Shown here: piece after piece, positions 46,566 through 57,139 of the stretch
Layout: each line of letters begins with the position of its first letter
Position numbering within the stretch: the stretch's first letter is position 1
From: Rhynchopus sp. YZ270_cl-10
Taxonomy: Eukaryota
Length of the DNA: 64,000 nucleotides
Assembly: GCA_964035575.1 (NCBI GenBank)
Contig: OZ037836.1
Location: 868,001-932,000, forward strand
Reading direction: 5' to 3'
The notes under the pieces: model-generated
Databases searched by the model: none
What the model saw: the letters and a program-made list of their open reading frames with translations, nothing else
What the model was told of the DNA's origin: nothing
Position numbers and translations under genes: made by a program

Positions 46566-47462
46566 TCACTTCTGGCTTTGCTCGGGGGATTCGTCTCTGC
46601 TGCGTTTCGGACGTGCTTCAACCACAAGCTTACTCAGCTCACCGTTCCTCACTTCGTTGGACACAACACTGCTGCAGCCGGAAAGGTAAATGCTCGTCAA
46701 CGAAGTGCATCCCTCAGCAAATTGCGCAGCATTCGACCAATCATTCAAATCAATTGACGTCACATTGCTGAGTGGAGATAAATCTAGGGTTGTTAAGCTG
46801 CTGCAGCTCGCAAGGAACCACGTACCAACCTGCGTCACTTTGACGAGTGGAGATAAATCGATGGTCGTTAAGCTCTTGCAGCCGTCAAGAAAGCAGGTCT
46901 CGATCTGCGTCACATTGCTGAGTGGTGACAAATTCAGGATCGTTAAGCTCCTGCAGTTCTGAAGGAACCTCGCACCAACCTCCGTCACATTGCTCAACCC
47001 AGAGAGGTCGATACTTGTCAACGAGGAGCAGTTGTACAGGAACCTGTCTCCAATGTGAGTCACAATGGACTCAGCACTGAGATCAAGTCTTGTCAACGAA
47101 GTTTCTGCCAAGAACCAATTCGGAATGACAGTCGCAACCTCCGCCTGCAGAAGCAAACACGCCACCTCAGGATCCTCCACCTCCTCCAACTTCTCGGCTG
47201 TGATGTCGGTCACACCCAACGCATGAAGCTCTGCAATGGCTTCGTACTTCTGCGTTTTTGTGAGGATGATTGTGTCACGAGCACTCAGCTGCGTCATGTC
47301 CGCTCCTTCTCCCATCGCTTCGTCTCCGAAACTCATACAAAAGCCGTCTTCAGGCAACCCCATTGCAGACGCCACCTTCCGCCGCAAGTCCTCCACTGTG
47401 TCATCTTCACCCACCTCGACTGTGTGCTGATTCGTGTCGAAACCCTTGATGTTCAGGTCCAT
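46566..47462 (-). CDS. UBL-LRR copy 9 (298 aa, second basic cluster lost)
   Basis: 4 internal LRRs. Ends QSQK* (CGA>TGA). Confidence 0.87.
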   Translation of the reverse strand: MDLNIKGFDTNQHTVEVGEDDTVEDLRRKVASAMGLPEDGFCMSFGDEAMGEGADMTQLSARDTIILTKTQKYEAIAELHALGVTDITAEKLEEVEDPEVACLLLQAEVATVIPNWFLAETSLTRLDLSAESIVTHIGDRFLYNCSSLTSIDLSGLSNVTEVGARFLQNCRSLTILNLSPLSNVTQIETCFLDGCKSLTTIDLSPLVKVTQVGTWFLASCSSLTTLDLSPLSNVTSIDLNDWSNAAQFAEGCTSLTSIYLSGCSSVVSNEVRNGELSKLVVEARPKRSRDESPEQSQK

Positions 47463-47648
47463 GTCTTTGTTGTGGTTTTGTGTTCTGATCTCTGTGTGTG
47501 GTGGTGGGGTGTGGAGGACAACAATCCTGCAGTCCTTTTCAAGAACCTTTCCAAAAACTGTCTGGAGAAGGGCCCCTCTCTCCCGACCCACAACCCACAA
47601 CCCCCGACTTCAGATCTCTCACCTCTCCACCCCCTCTCCCTGAACCCG

Positions 47649-47823
47649 CGAGAAGTAGGGCCTTTTGTCACATGCAGTGGGGTGGCTATGGTTAAGAGAA
47701 GTACGTCAAGAAACATGGAGGGAGAGAGAGATGTGCATTTGGACTGTATTTGCGTATGCTGAGAGAGGGTATTGGAAACGCATAAGGAACAACACAACAA
47801 CGAATACACAGAGAGTGGGCAGC
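47649..47823 (-). pseudogene. duplicated 5' flank and start fragment of the glycosyltransferase gene
   Basis: Homologous to ~45930-46090 (GAGAAGTAGGG..CACATGCAGTGGGGTGG..GAGAGAGGGTATTGG..GAGAGTGGGCAGC). Confidence 0.7.
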
Positions 47824-48571
47824 GAGAAAAGGTACCAACAAACAGCGACGGATCGTACAATATCTTTGACCACTTAAACTTTGGAAAATATGAGCCCCGG
47901 TGACCTGATAGGTGGGGCCCATTTTCGGTAAAAAAAATCCCCCAAAATCCGATGTTGTAAGCATCTATAGTAGCATGGGGTAGCCACGGCCCAGCATTTA
48001 TATACCCTGCCAGGGTGTAACTTTGCATAGGGAAGGGGCAGGGACATTGAGCACCCTGAGGACCAGGGGGAGAGTCCCGCATACCCAAAACAAAGACAAC
48101 AGCTCTGCATGGTAGTGTGAAAAAGGGGCAGGGTTGCTGAATCATAAAGATCCTGAAGGCAAAACACCCCGCATACCCCTCCTCGCCTCCTGTTTTGTAA
48201 TCTCTCAGGTAGGAGACATCGGTTCGAGCGGTCAACACCTTCATAGAGTTTCTGGAGGAACGGACCCACGGATGCAATTTAAGGTCCAGCCCAGGACCAA
48301 TCAGAAAAAAAAAAGGGGGTTGGGAAGGGAGGTACGTTGTACTGAATAAGACAATGGGTTGTGGGGATTCTTTTGCAGCACAGAATGAAATAACACAATG
48401 TGTGAACGTCTTGCTCAGCACAGCTGTCCTCTCGCACCAAGTAGTAGTCTGTGCCAGGTGAGCAAGACTGTGCCCCTCTTCTTCTCCGAACCAGAGGACG
48501 CAAGCAGACATACTGCCAGAGACCCTCCACCTCGGGGAGGTGCTGCCCTCCCACCAGCACACCACGTCGTG

Positions 48572-49561
48572 TCATTGTGCGTGTCTCCGTCGCTTCTGGC
48601 TTTGCTCGGGGGATTCGTCTCTGCTTCGTTTCGGACGTGCTTCAACCACAAGCTTACTCAGCTCGCCGTTCCTCACTTCGTCGGACACAACACTGCTGCA
48701 GCCGGAAAGGTAAATGCTCGTCAACGAAGTGCAGTTCTCAGCAAAACCCGTAGTAGAAGTAAAAGGATTCAAACGAATGGACATCACGTTCCTGAGTGGT
48801 GATAAATCGAGGGTTGTTAAACTGCTGCAGTTCTGAAGGAAGCCTATATCAACCTGCGTCACGTTGCTGAGTGGAGATAAATCGATGTTGGTTAATCTCC
48901 TGCAGTCGTACAGAAAGCTGCCATCAATCTGCGTCACGTTGTTGAGTGGTGATAAATCTAGGGTTGTTAAGCTCGTGCAGGCGACAAGAAAGTCGTCATT
49001 AATCTGCGTCACGTTGCTGAATGGTGGTAACTCCAGGGTCGTTAAGTTGCTGCAGCCCGAAAGAAAATATCCACCCACCTTCATAACATTGCTCAACCCA
49101 GAGAGGTCGACACTTGTCAACGAGGTGCACTCTGCCAGAAAGTTGAGTCCAATGTGAGTCACAATGGACGCAGCACTGAGATCAAGTCTCGTCAACGAAG
49201 TGCGTGACAAGAAGCTATTCGGAATGAAAGTCGCAACCTCCGCCTGCAGAAGCAAACACGCCACCTCAGGATCCATCACACTCTCCAACTTCTCGGCTGT
49301 GATGTCGGTCACACCCAACGCATGAAGCTCTGCAATGGCTTCTTGTTTCTGCGTTTTCGTGAGGATGATTGTGTCACCAGCACTCAGCTGCGTCATGTCC
49401 GCTCCTTCTCCCATCGCTTCGTCTCCGAAACTCATGCAAAAGCCGTCTTCAGGCAACCCCATTGCAGACGCCACCTTCCGCCGCAAGCCCTCCACTGTGT
49501 CATCTTCACCCACCTCGACTGTGTGCTGATTCGTGTCGAAACCCTTGATGTTCAGGTCCAT
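48572..49561 (-). CDS. UBL-LRR-NLS copy 10 (329 aa)
   Basis: Intact ORF. Confidence 0.9.
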   Translation of the reverse strand: MDLNIKGFDTNQHTVEVGEDDTVEGLRRKVASAMGLPEDGFCMSFGDEAMGEGADMTQLSAGDTIILTKTQKQEAIAELHALGVTDITAEKLESVMDPEVACLLLQAEVATFIPNSFLSRTSLTRLDLSAASIVTHIGLNFLAECTSLTSVDLSGLSNVMKVGGYFLSGCSNLTTLELPPFSNVTQINDDFLVACTSLTTLDLSPLNNVTQIDGSFLYDCRRLTNIDLSPLSNVTQVDIGFLQNCSSLTTLDLSPLRNVMSIRLNPFTSTTGFAENCTSLTSIYLSGCSSVVSDEVRNGELSKLVVEARPKRSRDESPEQSQKRRRHAQ

Positions 49562-50676
49562 GTCTTTGTTGTGGTTTTGTGTTCTGATCTCTGTGTGTGG
49601 TGGTGGGGTGTGGAGGACAACAAGCCTGCAGTCCTTTTCAAGAACCTTGCCAAACTAAACTGTCTGGAGAAGGGTCCCTCTCCCCAACCCACAACCCCCG
49701 ACTTCAGATCTCTCTCCTCTCCACCCCCTCTCCCTGAACCAGCGCCCTTCACAGACGTTCCCTCCTCACGAAAGCAAACCCACCTTCCCCTGCCCCTCTC
49801 ACGCACCTTTACCTGCCCCGTTCTGCACAAGAAACCCGCACAGCCTCTACGCGAAGTCCAGGCATGACCGTTTGTCGCTTAATGCTCCGGGTGCGAGCAC
49901 CCTTCATAGCATGGGGAAGCCACGCACTAGCATTTATATACCCTGACAGGGGTTAACTTTGCATAGGGAAGGGGCAGGGACATTGAGCACCCTGAGGACT
50001 AGGGGGAGAGCCCCGCATAGCCAAAACAAAGACAACAGCTCTGCATGGTAGTGTGAAAAAGGGGCAGGGTTGCTGAAACATAAAAAGACCCTGAAGGCAA
50101 AACACCCCGCATACCCCTCCTCGCCTCCTGTTTTGTAATCTCTCAGGTAGGAGACATCGGTTCGAGCGGTCAACACCTTCATAGAGTTTCTGGAGGAATA
50201 GATACCCGGATGCAATTTAAGGTCCAGCCCAGGACCATTTTTTTATTGTTCACTTTGTAAAAATCTCTTTGTTTTTCTCCTTGTCTGTTTTTCCTGCATT
50301 TTTTATTCTCTTCTTCGTACTTTCTTTTGTTTTGGTTGTTGTTAGATAAGCTCAATCGCCTATGGAGTTCTGTGAATAGCACGGAACTCCTTTTCATGTG
50401 TATCCATGGAAAACAGTATCATATGTGATACCGGGTCACCGCACGGACAGCGACAAGTCAAACCACACACAGTCTCTGTTCATGTTGTACATGACTTTGT
50501 TCTTTGTCAGCGTGCACGGCTCGACATAGTTAGAGAAAAAATAGACTGAGAGAAAAATTGGAGGTAAATTTTTTTGAAAAAGGGTGTCGTTTGAGAAAAA
50601 CAAACAAACGGACGCGCTGTGTGAAAAACGAGTGTTTCTCTGCGCGTGATATTTTGTGGGGAAGAATAAAACATTA

Positions 50677-52477
50677 TTGGTGTGGCACGCCCCAAAAAAA
50701 AAGTCATATTTGTGTAGTTCTTATGTAGTGCTTATGTATTGTAAAAAGGGGGGGTAAAAAAATTTTTCCCACCCATTGTGTTAGAGCAGGCCTGACGCTA
50801 AACAGCTACAAAAGTCGCACTTTTCGGGCTTGGAATTCCGGTTTTTTTACGAGTTTTTCTACACAGGAATCAGACATTTTTTGACCTTGGTCCATGGCTG
50901 GTGGTGAAAATCATGATTTTTTTTTGCCCACGATACGTTTCGAACATACGCGCTGCGCGCGAAAAAGGTCCTCATAAGCTCAATTCCGGAAACAAATACG
51001 GGGGAAGCGAAGTCTTCCAACTCCTCCGCCCTCCGTTTTCTCTTGAACCTGTGACGCTTGTCGCTGAGAAACAGGGCAACAGAGTGTTCAAGAATATTCC
51101 CCATCTCTTCGGTATTAAACTCGGGTGCCTGTTCATGAAGAATCGTCAGCTTCTCAATAGTGCTGTGAGAAAGGCGGTGGCGTCTCTTTGCGTAGATGTA
51201 GTCAGGAGAGAGAATCCTCGTTCAACAACAACGGAAGACGGGGAGTGCAACGACCGCAGCCTCCAAAACCCGTGCGAGAGTATCCCATTTTCCGACTTGC
51301 AATGATCAAGAGCAAGAAGACTTCGAGAAAACTGCGTTCTGGCGAAGCCACGGTACGCAACATTTCAAAAAATTGCGCTTAAAAATGCACTTTTTTTTAC
51401 AGCCAAGCTATGTCATGGGGAGGGTGGTATGCAAGCTTGCGCCGCAGGCGCACGGTACGCTACTTTTATTTGACCATGTCCTTCTTTCTCACTCCTCATT
51501 GGGTTCTACGAGCTCCGTCCGTCAAATGGTGGGGTCACAACATGCAGCAAAGTTCGCAGCTATGCTAACTGCTCCCACGTTCACTTTGCATTTTTCCTTC
51601 AAAGTCAAGTACTGACCATATTTTACACACAAAACCTGAAAATGGCCTGTATAAAACTGACACATGCATTTTAGGTCAAAAATACTCATTTCTCAGCGCA
51701 AAGTGACCCCATCACAGCACGCACAGACTCGGAAGAACCGAAAACAAAAAAAAAATTTTCCTGATTTTTTGTAGGCAAAAATTGGTGAAAAAATTTTCCG
51801 GCCCCCCCGGACCCCCCCAAAAAAGGTCACTTCTAAAAAATATTTTTTCCCTTACTGGGGGGGGGGCTAATAAAGTATACGGTGCTAATAAAGTATACGG
51901 GGGTAATAAAGTATACGGCGCGGAAACCCATTTTGAGCGTGGAAATCTGTGAAATAAAGTATACGGTTTTTGTGTACATTTTTCTTACTAAAAATTTTTT
52001 ACAGCATTTTTTGCACAAAAAATCGAAAAAAAAATTTTTTGATTTCGGTGGCCCGGATTCTGTGCGTGCTGTGATGAGGTCACTTCGAGCTGAGAAATGA
52101 GTATTTTTGACCTAAAACGCGTGTATCAGTTTTTACACGATTGGTGCTGATAGGGTTCAGATTTGTGAAAATTTAAGTCACCAAAAAATTGTTCATTTTT
52201 CCACATTGACCCCACCACTGGCTGGGATTGGCCCAAAAATGTCAATGGTGGTGTTTTCGCGAGGTTTCGGCCACTAGAAACCCCAAAATAACAGTGATTT
52301 TTTTTTTTTTTTTTCCTTTTTCGTTTTTTGGCCATTTAAGCAGTAATTCCCGCCGAATAAAGTATACGTATACTTTAATAGCTCCCCCCCAGTAAACACC
52401 CCCAAAAAAAAGTCATTTTTGTGTAGTTCTTATGTAGTGTGTATGTACTTGAAAAGTAGGGTAACGTGCCACACCAA
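50677..52477. mobile_element. 1.8-kb non-autonomous TIR element with TTA TSD (PIF/Harbinger-like)
   Basis: TTA|TTGGTGTGGCACG...CGTGCCACACCAA|TTA. The homologous empty site GAGAATAAAACATTACGAAAAAA is at ~13884-13906. Confidence 0.8.
51855..52392. mobile_element. Tc1/mariner-type MITE with TA TSD, nested in the TTA element
   Basis: TA|CTG(10)CTAATAAAGTATACG...CGTATACTTTAATAGCTCCCCCCCAG|TA, with repeated AATAAAGTATACG motifs. Confidence 0.87.
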
Positions 52478-52846
52478 TTATGAAAAAAAGCTCGTTGCGT
52501 TCCCACTATCGTTTCCGCTGCGCTCTCACTAACGTTCCCACTCCATTCGGTTTTCTCTTACTTTAAAATAAAACTCTTCCTTTTTTAGATAGATATTCAG
52601 TAAAAAGAAACGAAAACAAGGAAAAAAAAGAGAGAAAGTTTTTTCGTTGATCGCCCCAAATCCCGAACGAAGGGAGGGACTGCGTAGCAGGCAGAACCCG
52701 CAGCTGTTTTTAACGTCCTTGACGCACCTGTGGAGGGGATCTTTGTGCATAAATAAATTCATGCCCTGAACAGGCGGATCATCTCAGCGACAGATCAACC
52801 CTCTCACAGCCTATAGAGCCATCATGCCCAAAGTTAAAAACAGCCA

Positions 52847-53533
52847 TACCCGTGAGGGCGGATATTGTTACGCGTACCCGTGAGGGCGGAAGATCACTCG
52901 TACCGTGAGGGCGGAAGGTGCATTCATACCCGTGAGGGCGGATCGGTACACGTACCCGTGAGGGCGGATGGCTCACTCATACCCGTGAGGGCGAATAGGT
53001 TCACTCGTACCCGTGAGGGCGGAAGATCGGTCTACACCGTGATGGCGGTACCCGTGAGGGCGGAAGATCACTCGTACCCGTGAGGGCGGAAGGTGCATTC
53101 ATACCCGTGAGGGCGGATCGGTACACGTACCCGTGAGGGCGGATGGCTCACTCATACCCGTGAGGGCGAATAGGTTCACTCGTACCCGTGAGGGCGGAAG
53201 ATCAGTCCAAATCGTGATGGCGGAAGGTACACTCATACCCGTGAGGGCGGATAGGTTCACTCGTGCCCGTGAGGGCGGAAGATCAGTCTAAACCGTGATG
53301 GCGGTACCCGTGAGGGCGGATAGGTTCACGTACCCGTGAGGGCGGATGGCTCACTCATGCCTGTGAGGGCGGATAGGTTCACACGAACCGTGAGGGCAGA
53401 GAATCAGTCAATCGTGATGGCGGAAGGCACACTCATACCCGTGAGGGTGGATGGCTCATTCATACCCGTGAGGGCGGATCGGTTCACTCGTGCCATTGTA
53501 GGCGGGAGGTTAGCTCATACCCGTGAGGGCGGA
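52847..53533. repeat. array of ~25 TACCCGTGAGGGCGGA 16-mers with short linkers
   Basis: Conserved 16-mer every ~25-28 bp. Linkers recur in a ~175-bp higher-order unit (52875/53049). Confidence 0.92.
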
Positions 53534-53582
53534 TTCGTCTGTTTGTACCCAGTAACCCTCCTGTTAGAGACGGCGGTCGAAT

Positions 53583-53619
<37 letters not shown>

Positions 53620-54520
53620 CGTGTCCAGCCTTGTCGCCATCTTTTTGGTGAGACGGTTGAGTATTCGGGTGAGCGGTGCCGCGGGTGTCGGCCTTCTCAA
53701 AATCTGAAGGGACCCATTCCGAAAAGATGTGCATCCCTCGATTGTCCCCAAGTGCGAACAGCAAACACAGAATCTCATTCCCGAGGTAGTACGACGAATG
53801 GCCCGAATTGATTGTCGACACCACTGCAGCGTTATCCACAAAAATGCAAAGGTCCTTTACCCCGGTTCCTTCGCTGCCATCGCCATACACTGTAGGGCCG
53901 CCAGCATTACCTTCAAAAAAATATGTCGACTCGAAACCACGAAAGTACCCATCTTCTCTGCTTCTTCGCACCACGGAAAAAGTGTCTCAAGGATTGCCTC
54001 CCATGCTGTAGACGAAGCGTCCGACCATCCTCTGTACAAAGGCGCGTTCTTTGGGTGTGTACCACTCGTTCCGGATCAGGATCCCCCACGCCTCATGCAG
54101 TTCTTTGCGAACCGATGCGGGCACCTCGAAGGGATCACCCCAGCGAGCCACATCGCCTGCTCCGTGACGACCAACTCTGCTGAGGTAAGACAGAGTGGCC
54201 TACGGAAAGCACAGCTTCCTCTGCTTGCAGGAAGCTCCCCAGCCCGTGACTCGAAAGAATTGCCTGGGAGCACATCTCCGAACGACACCAAACTCGGCTC
54301 CCTCACCTCCTCCGGCCTGCGAATCCATTTCGTACTCATTCGAAAATATTTCCTCAGGAAGTCGAACTCCAAACCCAGGGTGGTGACCTGCTGGGACGGC
54401 CCCTCCATGTCGTCCTATCTTCCACTCCACTCCTGACTTCCTCGACAGAAAGCGGTGGAGGAAGTCAGCACATTGCAGTTTGGACTCCCGAAACCCCTCG
54501 TCTTCTGGTATCAGCATCTG
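53620..54520 (-). mobile_element. degenerate DIRS/YR-retrotransposon-type RT-thumb/RNase H relic
   Basis: Broken frames give QVTTLGLEFDF, VYGDGSEG, IFVDNAAVVSTINSGHS and FSEWVPSD..KAD, resembling the D, DN and WVP..AD motifs of DIRS1-type RNase HI. Confidence 0.68.
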
Positions 54521-54753
54521 CGACTTCTCTAAGCAATGTACGGGGCCAGCTTCCGTCCTAAAGGCATACGGCGCATGACATCAGGGTGTAGTTCCCTGCT
54601 TTCCCCAATGTTCATCCCAAAAAAATATTTTTGAATATCGGCTGTGAGGGGAAATTGGAAAAAGGCGAAGCGGATATCGGCGGTTATCTTGCCCAGCTAC
54701 GACCACCCACAACGCATCCACCAACTCCGTGAACGCGGCACGTCCAAGCCCCC

Positions 54754-55615
54754 CTACTTCGTTGTATCAAAAAGCTGAAAGCAAAACTGCACCTTCTCCT
54801 CCTGATCACCATGAAGACACGGCCACAGCAGAGAGCAGGTCTTCAACAGAAGCACACTCTGTGTGGATAAACACACGGAACAGCTCTTGACAGAGAGACT
54901 GTGGGAGGGATGATAAGGCGTCTGAAAAAACCTTTCAGTCGAGCGTTCCTGTAGCAGAGCCTTCTTGGAGTTTTTGTGAATTTTCAAGATTTTGTCCACT
55001 TTGTCTTGCGGGAGGCCGGTCATGGAGGCGAGAGAGCGTGCCTTCTCTTCTTCGTACGATGCCATCGCGCCTTCAGAAGAGGTTAACAACTGAACATGGT
55101 GTGGACGCGGCCTTTCTTGGCATAGCATATCTTCAAATTCGTACATCCAGACAAAAAGCGAAAGTGGTTATGTTGGGTGTTCGGATACCATCCGCAGGGC
55201 CAGGCGTTGAAGGTCTCTGGGGTGGTAAAGGCGGCGTTTTCTTCTAAGGCAGAGAGCAGCGGTTTGCCTTCGTCAGGGAAGAGGACGACGAGGCGTCGGA
55301 GGTGTGCGTAGGGTATTGTGTGCGCATCGGTGCAGTATGCACAGAAAACGAATTTGACCCGTTCTGCCGCAGTTCCGGCACGGAGAACCGCCAACCCCCG
55401 AATAAACTCTTCAAGGTAAGTCCAACAGTTTTTGTTGATGTGCTCGGAAGAGAGGCGGAACAGCGTTTAAAGACGCAGTATACGCATCGTGTTAACTGCT
55501 CAGGGCAGTGCGGGAGAATGGACTGGAACATAGCGTACCCCATGCGTGCCTCCCCGCGAGTCCGCAGACGGAAGTCACTTTCCACAAGTGCAATGTGGAT
55601 CGAATCCTTTCGCAT
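54754..55615 (-). pseudogene. frameshifted EF-hand (recoverin/USP32 N-terminal-like) gene fragment
   Basis: MGYAMF..LPHCPEQLTRCVYCVF..GLTLKSLFGG/LAVLRAGTAAERVKFVFCAY and CLHGDQEEKVQFCFQLFD are spread over three frames and stop next to the retroelement relic. Confidence 0.6.
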
Positions 55616-56239
55616 GCAGTCGCGTAGTCGATGATCCCCTCTGTGATGCCTGAGGCGCGGTGTATTCGAGCGATTCGAGTGGTTCGCGGTGTATTCGTGT
55701 CGGCTTAGTTAGTGTCGCCACTCATTTTGTGCCAATGAATTACAAAAAGGTTGTTGAGCCCTCGTTAGTTGCCCGTGTGCGTTTGTTTTTCGTGATTATT
55801 CCATTGTGTATGTGTAGTGAGGGAGAGAAAGTTTTTTCGCTGATCGCTCGAATTAGTGTCCCTGAGTGAATGAATCTGGGGAGTAATTCGGCAAGCACTA
55901 TCTAAAAACAGAGTTTTATTTTTATATGACGATTCTCGTATATTCAAAAAAAAAGGGGGGGGGGGGGGGTTGGGCGGGGAGGTACGTTGTAATGAATAAG
56001 ACATGGGTTTTTGTGGGGATTCTTTTGCAGGACAGAGTAAAATAACACAATGTGTGAACGTCTTGCTCAGCACAGCTCTCCTCTCGCACCAAGTAGTAGT
56101 CTGTGCCAGGTGAGCAAGACTGTGCCCCTCTTCTTCTCCGAACCAGAGGACGCAAGCAGACATACTGCCAGAGACCCTCCACCTCGGGGAGGTGCTGCCC
56201 TGCCACCAACACACCACGTCGTCATTGTGCGTGTCTCCA

Positions 56240-57139
56240 TCACTTCTGGCTTTGCTCGGGGGATTCGTCTCTGCTTCGTTTCGGACGTGCTTCAACCACA
56301 AGTTTACTCAGCTTCTCACGCTTCCTCACTTCGTCGGACACAACACTGCTGCAGCCGGAAAGGTAAATGCTCGTCAACGAAGTGCATCCCTCAGCAAATT
56401 GCGCAGCATTCGTCCAATTACACAAATCAATTGACATCACATTGCTGAGCGGAGATAAATCTAGGGTTGTTAAGCTGCTGCAGCTCGCAAGGAACCACGT
56501 ACCAACCTGCGTCACATTGACGAGTGGAGATAAATCGATGGTCGTTAAGATCTTGCAGCCGGAAAGAAAGCTGGCATCAATCGACGTAACATTGCTAAGT
56601 GGTGACAAATCCAGGGTTGTTAAGCTGATGCAGCTCGAAAGGAAGCTCGCACCCACCTGCGTCACTTTGCTCAACCCAGAGATGTCGATACTTGTCAACG
56701 AGGTGCACTGCATCAGGAAGCAGTCTCCAATGTGAGTCACAATGGACTCAGCACTGAGATCAAGTCTCGTCAACGAAGTGCGTGCCAAGAACCAATTCGG
56801 AATGACAGTCGCAACCTCCGCCTGCAGAAGCAAACACGCCACCTCAGGATCCTCCACCTCCTCCAACTTCTCGGCTGTGATGTCGGTCACACCCAACGCA
56901 TGAAGCTCTGCAATGGCTTCGTCCTTCTGCGTTTTTGTGAGGATGATTGTGTCACCAGCACTCAGCTGCGTCATGTCCGCTCCTTCTCCCATCGCTTCGT
57001 CTCCGAAACTCATGCAAAAGCCGTCTTCAGGCAACCCCATTGCAGTCGCCACCTTCCGCCGCAAGCCCTCCACTGCGTCATCTTCACCCACCTCGACTGT
57101 GTGCTGATTCGTGTCGAAACCCTTGATGTTCAGGTCCAT
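56240..57139 (-). CDS. UBL-LRR copy 11 (299 aa, second basic cluster lost)
   Basis: 4 internal LRRs. Ends QSQK*. Confidence 0.87.
   Translation of the reverse strand: MDLNIKGFDTNQHTVEVGEDDAVEGLRRKVATAMGLPEDGFCMSFGDEAMGEGADMTQLSAGDTIILTKTQKDEAIAELHALGVTDITAEKLEEVEDPEVACLLLQAEVATVIPNWFLARTSLTRLDLSAESIVTHIGDCFLMQCTSLTSIDISGLSKVTQVGASFLSSCISLTTLDLSPLSNVTSIDASFLSGCKILTTIDLSPLVNVTQVGTWFLASCSSLTTLDLSPLSNVMSIDLCNWTNAAQFAEGCTSLTSIYLSGCSSVVSDEVRKREKLSKLVVEARPKRSRDESPEQSQK

Noticed and set aside
50859..51382. Transposase ORF inside the TTA-flanked element
   Set aside because: Only short ORFs with no recognisable DDE or Myb motifs.
52847..53533. CRISPR-like repeat-spacer array
   Set aside because: The repeat is only 16 bp, and the linkers are ~10 nt, related to each other and duplicated in higher-order units.
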